Made by a program: the position numbers and the translations under genes
DNA from: a virus
Taxonomy: Duplodnaviria; Caudoviricetes
Virus record (IMG/VR): IMGVR_UViG_3300037067_015211
Location: 64,001 to 128,000 of that record
Direction: 5' to 3' (one strand)
DNA: 64,000 nt
The notes under the pieces: model-generated
Database searches by the model: none
Seen by the model: the letters and a program-made list of their open reading frames with translations, nothing else
Told to the model about the DNA's origin: nothing
Shown here: positions 37,809 to 47,760 of the stretch, piece after piece
Layout: every line of letters starts with the position of its first letter
Position numbering within the stretch: position 1 is the stretch's first letter

Positions 37809-38716
37809 ACCACTCTCCCACGCCACTTTATTTCTACAGGCCATACCGAGTCCTTCCCACTCGTATACTTCTCGGGAATGATCTGTACAGCCTTTATGTT
37901 TGCCACAGCAAAAGACTTTATTGTATCGTCAAGATCGTCAAAAGCAAACAAATATTTCCTTCTAGTGCCCATCCTCTTAACCAGCTTTACACGATACGAG
38001 AATGGCTCTACCACATATATCTTTATCATGCCCTGTTCAATATCTCCCGTATCTGGCAATCTCTGGTATTGGAATTTGACCTTCAACCTATTTTCAGCCG
38101 CAAACGCAATCGCCTGAGCAGGAGATAGCTTCCCACCCTTGACGCGCCAAATCTCTTGCCACTCTTCATCTGTAAGGGGCAAAAAGTCTTCTGATATAGG
38201 CAATTTTTCTTTAGGCTGTACTTGTTTTACAGGCACTTCCATCGTAACGGGCGCAGTAGGCGGCTTAGGCACATCAACATCTTCCAGCTTTTCAGCCGGT
38301 CCACGAGGTCTGATCTGGGCCACACGTAACCCATTAATGATTTTGTCGGCATTGTTTACATGACACTCAATTACCTTCCGAGTCCCTGTGGGAAGCGCAA
38401 TACTCTTTCTCTCCCTATCCACTACCTTTACCGCAATATGTTTACCATGACCATCGAAACAAATCATTGCAAACGGCAATGGACAATTCATAGAATGAAA
38501 TGTAGCCCCATCGCCTAAATCATCGAATATAAGAGCAACATCCTCCGGAACATCAGAATATTTGGTTAATCCAGCGGATCGCTCTTGAGGGGTTTCTAAA
38601 TATAGGTACTGCATACTATCTCCGATAATATTTCTAGTATCATAGGGAAAATTATTGCCTTTATAGAATTTTTCCTGTTCAGATTTTTCTTGTCTTTTCT
38701 GCCAAATATGGTACAA
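37805..38716 (-). CDS. DUF192-like domain fused to a WYL domain; leader-like YHIWQKR
   Basis: ERSAGL...ALIFD...FHSMNCPLP..MICFD...KVIE (DUF192-like); KFQY...VEPFSY...YLFAFD...IKSFAVANI (WYL). Confidence 0.65.
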   Translation of the reverse strand: MYHIWQKRQEKSEQEKFYKGNNFPYDTRNIIGDSMQYLYLETPQERSAGLTKYSDVPEDVALIFDDLGDGATFHSMNCPLPFAMICFDGHGKHIAVKVVDRERKSIALPTGTRKVIECHVNNADKIINGLRVAQIRPRGPAEKLEDVDVPKPPTAPVTMEVPVKQVQPKEKLPISEDFLPLTDEEWQEIWRVKGGKLSPAQAIAFAAENRLKVKFQYQRLPDTGDIEQGMIKIYVVEPFSYRVKLVKRMGTRRKYLFAFDDLDDTIKSFAVANIKAVQIIPEKYTSGKDSVWPVEIKWRGRVV

Positions 38717-38723
38717 TTCAATT

Positions 38724-39095
38724 ATGGAAAAACGATTACACCATGTAGGCTATAAGTGTTCCAAAAATATAGACAGTGTATTGGAATTTCTCAAACACGG
38801 ATATACAATAGCAAAGATGGGATACGAACCTGAGTTTAGAACAAAAAATGTGGTGTTTGAAGTGCCTGAACAACACATTTATTTAGAATTGGTAGATTTT
38901 CAGGAAGAGAACTCGCTAAAGGAAGGCCACTATCACAACTGTTACGAGGTAGAAAACATCGAAAAAGCGTTGCCACATTTCTATGAACTGGGCTATAAAA
39001 AAATCTCGAATATTGTTGACTCTATGGTGTGGGGTGCTAGAATAATATATATGTTCTCTAAGGAAAATGGTTTTTTAGAACTCATAGAAAGGTAA
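38724..39095 (+). CDS. VOC/glyoxalase-family protein
   Basis: LHHVGY, YLELV, HYHNCYEVENIE, FLELIE. Confidence 0.85.
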   Translation: MEKRLHHVGYKCSKNIDSVLEFLKHGYTIAKMGYEPEFRTKNVVFEVPEQHIYLELVDFQEENSLKEGHYHNCYEVENIEKALPHFYELGYKKISNIVDSMVWGARIIYMFSKENGFLELIER

Positions 39096-39099
39096 AACT

Positions 39100-39534
39100 A
39101 TGAACAAAGAAGAAAAGAACAAGGAATTAATTAAAAAAATCAAAAAATTTCAAAAAAGATACATGGTTAAAAATAAAAAAGAGAAAATGCCTGCATCTAT
39201 ATACTCTCTTTTGGACTGCATCAAAAAACACAAAGCATTTTTTCCAGAAATATACAACAAAGCTAAATTAACTTCAGGTATAGGAAAAATGCTTTGCAAA
39301 GATGCAGGATATATCGATGAACAATTTAAGATCATTAAGTATGCATACAATTTAGGCGAAATTGATTTGACAGAACTCATCGACAATATTCAAAATTCGC
39401 TGGAAGATAAAATAGAAAACGAACAAGAAAAAATTAATGCGGCTGTAAATACAGATATGGTGTTAAACAATAAACCACTTGTGTGCCCAAGAGCAGATCC
39501 AAAAATTGAAAAAGAAATCAAATCATTGCAATGA
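39100..39534 (+). CDS. Hypothetical protein
   Basis: Packed in the plus-strand operon. Confidence 0.6.
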   Translation: MNKEEKNKELIKKIKKFQKRYMVKNKKEKMPASIYSLLDCIKKHKAFFPEIYNKAKLTSGIGKMLCKDAGYIDEQFKIIKYAYNLGEIDLTELIDNIQNSLEDKIENEQEKINAAVNTDMVLNNKPLVCPRADPKIEKEIKSLQ

Positions 39535-40859
39535 TATTTGTCTCTAACTACAACAGTTCCACAATGGCCTCGAACCCCATCATGTATGAGGCTATTTTCT
39601 CGCTAAATAAAATAGATGATTCCGAGTGCGTAATCTCCATATACAACCCCACCGAGCACACAAATCATTTGTACTACGCCAGCACACTAGATTTCATAAC
39701 TAAATTAGTAACGAATAACACAAACACCCATTTTTACATCACAAACTACATTTTAGACACAAACAATTCTTTGCTCTCCAACAACGATGAAATACAACGA
39801 TACAATGAAGCCCTAAGAGAAATTGGTACTCAAAACTATACCATTGTAGATATTAACAAAATTGCCTTAAAATATGGCAGAGAAAACATAGTTTCCAATA
39901 AATTCTGGTATTCCTACTCGTGTCCGTTCACCAAGAAGGGCCAGAAACGCGCCATAGAGGCCATAGAAACCGCTAGGACGGTCAACAATGGGGGCGGCAT
40001 CAAATGTATTGCACTAGACGGCGACAACACGCTCTGGAGGGGAATTATCCTAGAAGGCACAGCCGAACTTACCGCCGAATACGAACATGTGCAAAATATT
40101 TTGCTCCAATATCGCAATAATGGTATTTTTCTAGCCCTTTGTTCTAAAAATAGAGAGCAAGATGTTTGGCGTTTTTTAGAAGAATGTCCGCTAAAACAGA
40201 AGCATTTCAGTGCCAGTAAAATCAACTTTATGCCCAAGGCCGACAATGTAATAGCGGTCGCCAAAGAACTGAACATATCACCCAAACATATCCTATTTAT
40301 CGACGACGACGATTACAATCTGATTTCCGTCAAAGAAACTTGTGGTGCTTATACACTATCTTCTTTACCGGCAGAAAATTTGGCAGAAAATATACTGTCT
40401 TATCCTTTACTCGATTACAAATTTTTGACCCTAGAGGATGAAAGACGAATAGAATCTTTCGACTATGTGGCTAAAAACAATATTGCCCCTACATTTACCA
40501 TAACAACCGATCCAAATAGTCACCGCATTGCCCAGATGAGCGTCAAAACAAATCAGTTTAATCTCAATAAATATCCCCTAACCGCAGAGCAAGTAAAAAT
40601 TCTTACCGAAAAAAACAAATTGTTTGCATGTGAAATGTTTTATGATATAATATCCTATGGTGTTGTAGCATACGCTATACTTGAGGAAGATACAATACAA
40701 CAATTTGTGGTGTCGTGCAGAGTGTTTGGAATGGGCGTAGAAAATATATTGTTGAACGAACTAAAAAAGAATGGTGCAACCAAGGGCAAAATAAACAAGA
40801 CAGAAAAGAACAAAATGTTTCATGACTTTTATCTTAATAATAGGATCGAAGAATGTTAG
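39531..40859 (+). CDS. FkbH-like HAD-IIIC glyceryl transferase/phosphatase
   Basis: KCIALDGDNTLWRG, LALCSKN, FIDD, KTNQFNL, SCRVFGMGVE. Confidence 0.9.
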   Translation: MIFVSNYNSSTMASNPIMYEAIFSLNKIDDSECVISIYNPTEHTNHLYYASTLDFITKLVTNNTNTHFYITNYILDTNNSLLSNNDEIQRYNEALREIGTQNYTIVDINKIALKYGRENIVSNKFWYSYSCPFTKKGQKRAIEAIETARTVNNGGGIKCIALDGDNTLWRGIILEGTAELTAEYEHVQNILLQYRNNGIFLALCSKNREQDVWRFLEECPLKQKHFSASKINFMPKADNVIAVAKELNISPKHILFIDDDDYNLISVKETCGAYTLSSLPAENLAENILSYPLLDYKFLTLEDERRIESFDYVAKNNIAPTFTITTDPNSHRIAQMSVKTNQFNLNKYPLTAEQVKILTEKNKLFACEMFYDIISYGVVAYAILEEDTIQQFVVSCRVFGMGVENILLNELKKNGATKGKINKTEKNKMFHDFYLNNRIEEC

Positions 40860-41074
40860 ATAGAGTGATTGCCATATTGACATCTATTCTTAAAATAAAA
40901 ATAGATGAAAAATCGGAAAGAAAAAACATACTCCAATAGGACTCGATGCAAAACCTAAATATTATCATGACGCTAGAAGAAGAGTTTAAAATTGACATCC
41001 CTATGGATTGTTTTAAAGAATTATCGTCCGTAAAAACAATTGTAAAATATTTGGAAAATCAAAAATGTACTTGA
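40853..41074 (+). pseudogene. Acyl carrier protein with in-frame TAG at 40937-40939
   Basis: ...NILQ*DSMQNLNIIMTLEEEFKIDI...SSVKTIVKYL; the TAG falls where W of WDS is expected. Confidence 0.8.
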
Positions 41075-41580
41075 TAAACGCAAATCCATCTGATGCTGAC
41101 GATGTTCAATTTTGCATGTCTATCCGCAATAATCCGGATAACCACAAATTTTTTCACCAGAATATGCATATCACGGAAGAAATGCAAACTGCATTTATGG
41201 CAAGAGAAAAATATTTTTACATCATCATCGATAATGAAAAACGTGTGGGCACCATAAGCTTATACAATATAAATGGCGATACTGGCGTACTCGGAAGATT
41301 CTTTGTCGTCCCAGAACAACGATTTTCTGTAGTTGCAACACTATCGGAAGTGTTGATTGTAACAAAGGGATTTGAAGACCTTGGGCTGAACACACTGCTT
41401 TGTGATATCGTACAAAACAACATGACCATTATCAATATGCACGATAACTTTGGATTCAAAACATACGAAGAAAAAGATGGAATAGTCTATATGAGGCTAA
41501 ATAAAAATGGCATTACTCCATTTTACCACAAAATGCATAAACGATTTATTGGCAACAAATATCATGACTTTTGGAGATAG
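41065..41580 (+). CDS. PseH-like GNAT N-acyltransferase
   Basis: IRNNP...VGTISL...N..IINMHDNFGF. Confidence 0.75.
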   Translation: MYLINANPSDADDVQFCMSIRNNPDNHKFFHQNMHITEEMQTAFMAREKYFYIIIDNEKRVGTISLYNINGDTGVLGRFFVVPEQRFSVVATLSEVLIVTKGFEDLGLNTLLCDIVQNNMTIINMHDNFGFKTYEEKDGIVYMRLNKNGITPFYHKMHKRFIGNKYHDFWR

Positions 41581-41582
41581 AC

Positions 41583-42296
41583 ATGAATGAACTAGATGAA
41601 ATTGCACCAAACTACAACACCGTCCTCAACAACAAGATTAACAGGAAAATTAATGAATGTACATATAGAACTCTGAAAAGATACTTGGATGAATTCGATT
41701 CTGGAAATGTTTTGGAAATTGGTTGCGCCGATGGTAGAGTAACCCAACATTTAATCACACACAATATCAATCTAACATGTGTGGATGGGAGCGAAAAACT
41801 CCTACAGCTAACAAAAGAAAAGTTTCCATCAATCACTGCGGTTAATTCCATGCTTGAAGATTGGGAAACAGAGCAAAAATTTGATTTTATCATATGCTCA
41901 TTTGTATTAGAACATGTGGATAATGTTGGAAAGTTTCTCGGAAAAATAAAATCGCTTTGCCATGAAAAAACGCAAATATTTGTTGCCGTGCCCAATGCAT
42001 GGTCATTTCACAGAAAGGCCGCACTTGCCGCTGGCATGATAACAAAAATAGATGAATTCAGTGAACTAGATAAAAAAATGGGACATAAAAGATATTACAA
42101 TCCCATGACATTTAGGACTGACATGCTTCTAGCAGGATTTTATTTACTCGCTGGAGGTGGAATACTTTTTAAGCCACTCCCAGAATCCGATATGGCTAAT
42201 TTACGAGATGAAACCCTAGAAGCTTTTTATCTGCTAGGAAAAGACTATCCAGAACATTGCAATATTACATATGTCGTGGCAAAAGCAGGAGACTAA
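41583..42296 (+). CDS. Class I SAM-dependent methyltransferase
   Basis: VLEIGCADG, FDFII...VLEHV, VPNA; start at ATG behind GGAG. Confidence 0.88.
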   Translation: MNELDEIAPNYNTVLNNKINRKINECTYRTLKRYLDEFDSGNVLEIGCADGRVTQHLITHNINLTCVDGSEKLLQLTKEKFPSITAVNSMLEDWETEQKFDFIICSFVLEHVDNVGKFLGKIKSLCHEKTQIFVAVPNAWSFHRKAALAAGMITKIDEFSELDKKMGHKRYYNPMTFRTDMLLAGFYLLAGGGILFKPLPESDMANLRDETLEAFYLLGKDYPEHCNITYVVAKAGD

Positions 42297-42298
42297 CC

Positions 42299-43426
42299 AT
42301 GTATCAAGTATTCAGACCATACATGACAGAAGCGGAAGAAAAAGCCGTAATCGAAGTGCTTCGTTCTCGATGGATCGGGCTGGGGCCAAAGACAAAAGAA
42401 TTAGAAGATAAATTTGCCGAATATACGGAATCAAAATACTGCGTTACTCTAAACTCGTGTACAGCCGCGCTAGACATGGCACTACGACTATGTAATGTTA
42501 GACAACATGATAAAGTGCTGGTGCCGACAATGACATTCGTATCCACAGCACATGCAGTTTGTTACAATGATGCAATGCCAATATTTGTAGACTGTGACGA
42601 AACCCTTCAGATGGATATTATAGACCTTGAAAGAAAAATAGATAAATTTGTAAAGGCAATCATTGTCGTTCACTATGGAGGAAGAATTAATTCTCATATC
42701 AAACAAATTGCAGAAATTTGCAAAGAAAAAGGAATTTACTTAATCGAAGATTGCGCTCATGCGGCTGGCTCTTGGCTAAACGATAAGCATGCTGGTACAT
42801 TCGGGGATATTGGGTGTTTTTCCTTCCATGCGGTAAAAAATCTTGCTATGGGCGACGGCGGGGCAATTATTACGGCCAATGAAGAGATGGCGACTAGGGC
42901 AAAGAAGGTGCGCTGGCTTGGAATCGATAGGGGCACTTGGGATAGAACGGCCAACAACAAGGAATATTGGTGGGAATACATTGTCGATGAAATCGGATAT
43001 AAGAATCATCCATGCGATATTCTATCCGCCATTGGCGTAGAACAGCTAAAAAAACTGGAAGCAATGAACAACATGAGATATTTTATCTACAACACATATA
43101 GAGAAAACCTTAAGACACTGATAGAACAAGGTCTAATAGAAATTATGCCAGACGATACCACATCAAGCCTTTCCTCATGGCATTTGATGGTAATAAAGGT
43201 AAGCGAATTGGACAGAAATGATTTGTCTTTATGCCTAAAAGAAAAGGGAGTAAATACTGGCGTACACTACAGGCCAATTCATATGTATCCGTGCTATGGC
43301 AATACCCCGCATCTTCCAATAGCAGAGGAAATATTTAAAAAGATTCTTTCACTCCCAATGTATTACGATTTAACGGCGGAAGATGTCAAAATAATTTGCA
43401 ATCATATTAAAGAATTTTATGAATGA
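42299..43426 (+). CDS. DegT/DnrJ/EryC1/StrS sugar aminotransferase
   Basis: NSCTAAL, IEDCAHA, FSFHAVKNLAMGDGG, LSLPMY. Confidence 0.93.
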   Translation: MYQVFRPYMTEAEEKAVIEVLRSRWIGLGPKTKELEDKFAEYTESKYCVTLNSCTAALDMALRLCNVRQHDKVLVPTMTFVSTAHAVCYNDAMPIFVDCDETLQMDIIDLERKIDKFVKAIIVVHYGGRINSHIKQIAEICKEKGIYLIEDCAHAAGSWLNDKHAGTFGDIGCFSFHAVKNLAMGDGGAIITANEEMATRAKKVRWLGIDRGTWDRTANNKEYWWEYIVDEIGYKNHPCDILSAIGVEQLKKLEAMNNMRYFIYNTYRENLKTLIEQGLIEIMPDDTTSSLSSWHLMVIKVSELDRNDLSLCLKEKGVNTGVHYRPIHMYPCYGNTPHLPIAEEIFKKILSLPMYYDLTAEDVKIICNHIKEFYE

Positions 43427-44820
43427 CAACAAAGTTTTTTATGCGAGAACAATTATGCTTCGCCGAACTATCGGGCGACCATAATCCGATTCATACAGAC
43501 CCAATAGCCGCTAGACGCTTAATTTTTGGCAATCCCATAGTACACGGCGTCCATCTATTATTGTGGGCAATGGCACAGTGGGGTGGCGATAAAAAAAATA
43601 TATGGATCAATTCCCTAACAGTTACATTTAATACTCCATGTTATCTTGAAAAAGAAGTAACATATTTACTAAAAAAGGATGATGGCCAACACGTTATAAT
43701 AGAATTGTTTTCAGAAAACAAACCTATTGTCTCAATAGAATTTTTTTGGTCTATTCGTGTACAAGAAGAAACCACGCTGGCCGAAAAACCATTAACTAGC
43801 CAAAAATGCAATGATTTGTCAATCGATGACATAGACAATGCAAAGGGTAAAATACCGCTCTACCTCGATATGCAAAGATTTGAAGCATTCTTTCCAAATC
43901 TATTTGCATTTTCCAAACTACAAATTGCACAAATCATTGCCACAACAAGGCTCGTTGGCATGGAATGTCCCGGCCTAAACTCAATTTTTTCGTCATTAAA
44001 CATCAAGTTTTCACAGCACATAAACAATGACGACATTGCATATGAAACAACAAAAATAGACAAACGATTTGGGCTGGCAACAATTAAAATATCTTCCGAT
44101 GGGATGAGCGGAATTATACACTCTATCATTAGGCAGAAACCACAAAAGCAAATTTCATTTTGTCAAGCAAAAGAAATGGTTGGAGCAAATGAATTTGCAT
44201 CTCAAAGAGCACTCATTATAGGCGGTTCTCGTGGCCTCGGAGAAATAACCACAAAGCTTTTAGCCGCCGGTGAGGCCAGTGTAAGGTTTACATACAACCA
44301 AGGCAAGGACGATGCCAATTTAATACTAGATGAAATACAACTCGATACCATTAATGCACTTCAATACAATATTTTTGACGATAACCTTCCCCTTCCGCTA
44401 GAAATATATGGCTGGAGGCCGACTCACTTATATTATTTTCCAACACCATTTATCTTGACGGGAGAAAACGGAAGATTTTCAAATGAATTGTTCAAAAAAT
44501 TCTATGACTATTATGTGCTTGGAATCAACAAAATATTTTATACCCTTGTAGATAGCGGGTTAAAGTCAGTCTTTTATCCATCATCTATTTTTGTGCAAGA
44601 GATACCGTGCAATATGTCTGAATATGCCATAGCCAAATCTGCTGGGGAACAACTATGTAATTTTTGGCAACAAACATGGCCCAACATCACAATATATACT
44701 CCCAGACTTCCAAGAATAAATACTGACCAAACGGCAAATATTTTTGCGCCCGACAAACAAAGTGGAGAACACGTTCTCTTAAAACACATTAGAATATTAA
44801 ATAGTTTAGTGTTGCATTAA
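43423..44820 (+). CDS. MaoC-like dehydratase fused to an SDR/ketoreductase-like domain
   Basis: FAELSGDHNPIH...IVHG; LIIGGSRGLG; YAIAK (YxxxK). Confidence 0.85.
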   Translation: MTTKFFMREQLCFAELSGDHNPIHTDPIAARRLIFGNPIVHGVHLLLWAMAQWGGDKKNIWINSLTVTFNTPCYLEKEVTYLLKKDDGQHVIIELFSENKPIVSIEFFWSIRVQEETTLAEKPLTSQKCNDLSIDDIDNAKGKIPLYLDMQRFEAFFPNLFAFSKLQIAQIIATTRLVGMECPGLNSIFSSLNIKFSQHINNDDIAYETTKIDKRFGLATIKISSDGMSGIIHSIIRQKPQKQISFCQAKEMVGANEFASQRALIIGGSRGLGEITTKLLAAGEASVRFTYNQGKDDANLILDEIQLDTINALQYNIFDDNLPLPLEIYGWRPTHLYYFPTPFILTGENGRFSNELFKKFYDYYVLGINKIFYTLVDSGLKSVFYPSSIFVQEIPCNMSEYAIAKSAGEQLCNFWQQTWPNITIYTPRLPRINTDQTANIFAPDKQSGEHVLLKHIRILNSLVLH

Positions 44821-44839
44821 CAAACAATTTTGCTATACT
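44812..44839 (+). promoter_or_regulatory. Promoter TTGCAT-N16-TATACT (TGn-extended)
   Basis: Upstream of SD AAGGAG and ATG 44860. Confidence 0.5.
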
Positions 44840-44859
44840 AGAAGAAAAGGAGAAAAGAA

Positions 44860-45315
44860 ATGAAAAAGCTACTCGCATCAATCTTGTTGGTCTTCGCCTC
44901 GTGTCAGTACATTCAACCCCAGCCTACAACACAGGAACAAACACAACAAGCCAAAACGCCCCCATTCGACGAAGCAGAAGGATATCAAACAAACTTTGTT
45001 ACTGACACTATGGCCAGCACGATCCAACAATGGATTGACTGGACAAAGCAAGAGCTAGAAAAAGTCGGACAACTAGACAATGACGCCAGAGAAAAGATTC
45101 TCAACAATCTCAAGGAACGTCTCGTAGCACACGGCAATATATCCGATACGGAAGCAAATGAATTTGTAGAAAAAATCAGCCCACGAGTAGAGAGACTTAT
45201 CAGGGCATTTGTTTCTGGCAATAAGATTGAAATCGGTCTGGCCACTATTAGTGTTCTGACAGTGCTCATTCCGTTCATCATTGTGATTATCCGTCGTCGT
45301 AGGAACAAAAAATGA
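44860..45315 (+). CDS. Putative lipoprotein with a C-terminal transmembrane helix
   Basis: MKKLLASILLVFASC lipobox-like; hydrophobic C-terminal segment followed by RRRRNKK. Confidence 0.7.
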   Translation: MKKLLASILLVFASCQYIQPQPTTQEQTQQAKTPPFDEAEGYQTNFVTDTMASTIQQWIDWTKQELEKVGQLDNDAREKILNNLKERLVAHGNISDTEANEFVEKISPRVERLIRAFVSGNKIEIGLATISVLTVLIPFIIVIIRRRRNKK

Positions 45316-45959
45316 CAAAGTTTGACAAACAGTATTATGAAGAACAGGCCAAACAAATACCCAAAGAGGTTACACTTTACAAGCTAGGTATATCTCGATA
45401 TCGATGGCTTATTGAACACCTATTACGCATATACAAGAACCCTACTGCCGTTAATATCTTAGATATAGGCATACAGGATGGACAGTTTGCAACCGGCACA
45501 GCGGCATTTGACTTCAACGTAATAGGAGTCGATATAGCCGATGAATATGTAAGAATAGCAAAATTGCTAAGAAAAAACGTTCTCCCAGAGGACAAAAACA
45601 TAAGCTTTCAACAAGCAGATATTTGTGACTGCGAAGAGTTTGTGGCTGGCAAAAAAGACTTCTTCGACTGCGCATATTCATTTGAAGTCTTGGAACATGT
45701 ACCCGACTTGCCAAAAGCGTTGCAAAATATCCATACAATGCTAAAAGAAAATGGATTGCTGTTTATCTGTGTACCCAACGAAAATAGCTGGGCACATGAT
45801 GAATCTCATATTAGAAAGTTTTCGGCGTACAATAAAGAGGGGCATATTCATCTGTATCGTGGACTTGAGATTGAACGGTTTGAAGTCTGTAAAATTGAGG
45901 TTGCACAGTACGATGAAGCAAATAGCTGGTTATACGCGAGCCTACAAAAGTTAAAATAA
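45312..45959 (+). CDS. Class I SAM-dependent methyltransferase
   Basis: ILDIGIQDG, GVDI, FEVLEHV, VPN. Confidence 0.85.
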   Translation: MTKFDKQYYEEQAKQIPKEVTLYKLGISRYRWLIEHLLRIYKNPTAVNILDIGIQDGQFATGTAAFDFNVIGVDIADEYVRIAKLLRKNVLPEDKNISFQQADICDCEEFVAGKKDFFDCAYSFEVLEHVPDLPKALQNIHTMLKENGLLFICVPNENSWAHDESHIRKFSAYNKEGHIHLYRGLEIERFEVCKIEVAQYDEANSWLYASLQKLK

Positions 45960-46671
45960 AAAATAAGACAATAATTTTAGCCCAATTGATAAATGGAGCA
46001 AGCCATTCCGTTTCTCCATGAGTAGCCATTGAGGGTATTGGTGAAACCAATGTCTTGCCCTTTCTACCAACTACAGTAAAATAAGCCTTGCTATTTGTGT
46101 GCGTATCATTATTGTTTCGTATAATAGCGTCAAACATATCTGCATCGTCTATTAGCGTTTTTACCTTGGCGGCAAATGTCATTGGCGTACTGGGCACGAA
46201 CACCCAGTGGCTATTGTCTGTCGTATAGCACTTGGTGGGCCAAGAGTCTCTATTTTCTTTCATGTATTTATCTGGATGATCGTATAGCGTAACATAATCT
46301 GCTATTGCAATGCCTTCCATTAGTATCTGGGCAGAACCAGCGCAATGTATGTAATCGTTTTCAACAAAATAAATGACATCTTCTGGATTGTTGTTTTTAA
46401 CCGCGTGATCGTAGGCAAATATAAAACTTTTTCTATTGGCCACTGAAGTTCTGAATATTTCCGTTATTTTATCGCCATGCCTATCTTTTAGTATGTTGTA
46501 GGTTTCGTCAGTTACGTTGTCTGCCACAACATATAGTTTGTCATATTTGAAATTTTTTAAAAAATTGTTGAAACAATTTTTATTACATATGTATTCTGGC
46601 TTTACTTTGCAAAACCCTTTATCACTTAGGCGATAATAAACAATTATTTGTCCAGACAAACTTTTGCCCAA
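45811..46671 (-). CDS. GT-A fold glycosyltransferase (phage type); start and 3' end uncertain
   Basis: IYFVENDYIH, DYVTLYDHPDKY, STPMTFA, THGE. Confidence 0.75.
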   Translation of the reverse strand: MGKSLSGQIIVYYRLSDKGFCKVKPEYICNKNCFNNFLKNFKYDKLYVVADNVTDETYNILKDRHGDKITEIFRTSVANRKSFIFAYDHAVKNNNPEDVIYFVENDYIHCAGSAQILMEGIAIADYVTLYDHPDKYMKENRDSWPTKCYTTDNSHWVFVPSTPMTFAAKVKTLIDDADMFDAIIRNNNDTHTNSKAYFTVVGRKGKTLVSPIPSMATHGETEWLAPFINWAKIIVLFFILTFVGSRITSYLLHRTVQPQFYRLQTVQSQVHDTDEYAPLYCTPKTF

Positions 46672-47339
46672 TCAATACGAGTGGCTAACCAATCGACCTC
46701 TCCATGTGTTGAATAAGAATGAATCGGAGTAATCAGCCTTCTATTGTTACATCGTGAGCCAGTCAACACACTAAATATTCCGGCATCGTTAGGGTGATTA
46801 TATGGTGATTCGTCAATAATGGCATCAAATACCCATTTGTCCTGCTTCAGCGTCGATACCTTAGCCGCAAATGTCATTGTAGTTGAACCCACTTTTGCCC
46901 AATGCGTAGACTTTGTGTGATAAAGATATGTGGGAACTTTATCTTTATGCTCGGGCAAATATTTGTCAGGATGGTCATACAGGCTTACATAATCTGCTAT
47001 TTCTATCCCCTCTTCCAATATCTCTCTTGAATGGGGAAGGTGGATGTAATCGTTTTCCACAAAATAAGCAATCGTATCGTCTGGCAATACAACTGACAAA
47101 TTCAGTGCATGCTTAAAGCTAGTCTTGTTCCCAAGCTTTGTTCTTCGTAATGTTTTGTATGGAAAATACGCCAACCACTCATACGTCGAATCACACACAT
47201 TGTCCGCCATGATATGAAGTTCATCATATCTGAAATTTTTAACAAAATTGTGCAAACAATTTTGTGGTGTTACAAAATATGGTTTTCTCTTGTCAGCACT
47301 TACATCGCTAGTACGGTAAAATACAACTACATTGGCCAT
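46644..47339 (-). CDS. GT-A fold glycosyltransferase, paralog of the previous gene
   Basis: AYFVENDYIH, DYVSLYDHPDKY, STTMTFA, THGE. Confidence 0.8.
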   Translation of the reverse strand: MANVVVFYRTSDVSADKRKPYFVTPQNCLHNFVKNFRYDELHIMADNVCDSTYEWLAYFPYKTLRRTKLGNKTSFKHALNLSVVLPDDTIAYFVENDYIHLPHSREILEEGIEIADYVSLYDHPDKYLPEHKDKVPTYLYHTKSTHWAKVGSTTMTFAAKVSTLKQDKWVFDAIIDESPYNHPNDAGIFSVLTGSRCNNRRLITPIHSYSTHGEVDWLATRIDWAKVCLDK

Positions 47340-47376
47340 ATAATTCCTTATCTAAATTGTAAAAATAAGTATACCG

Positions 47377-47760
47377 TTAAAATTCAAAGAATGCAAGTGG
47401 TTTCCGATATAATTCTTTAGGCTTATTGTCCGGTGCTTTAGGCTTATTCTTTACCTTCTGCAAATACCAATTAGAGTCTTCTACCACATTCTCATTCCAA
47501 CTATGATAATCGGTTAAATGGCCGAAAACAAGATGGTGGGTTTTGCAAAGAGACACTAAATTTGTGGGTTCTAGTTCTAGCTCTGGATGAATCTGATATG
47601 GCTTGACATGGTGCACTTCGATATTTCTTGTCGTCCCACAGGCTATGCAAAATGGATGTTTTTTGACATGCTCTTTTCTGATCGTAGGCCAATCTGAAGA
47701 ACGAAGCTTATAGCCAAATATGGAGTTTATGCCGACTGATTTTAAAAAGTTAAACACCAT
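47377..47760 (-). CDS. HNH endonuclease
   Basis: CIACG...EVHHVKP...NLVSLCKTHH...H. Confidence 0.85.
   Translation of the reverse strand: MVFNFLKSVGINSIFGYKLRSSDWPTIRKEHVKKHPFCIACGTTRNIEVHHVKPYQIHPELELEPTNLVSLCKTHHLVFGHLTDYHSWNENVVEDSNWYLQKVKNKPKAPDNKPKELYRKPLAFFEF

Noticed and set aside
40937-40939. Genome-wide TAG reassignment
   Set aside because: Long ORFs are intact in code 11, TAG ends several genes (e.g. 2623, 12621, 24380), and no suppressor tRNA is seen.
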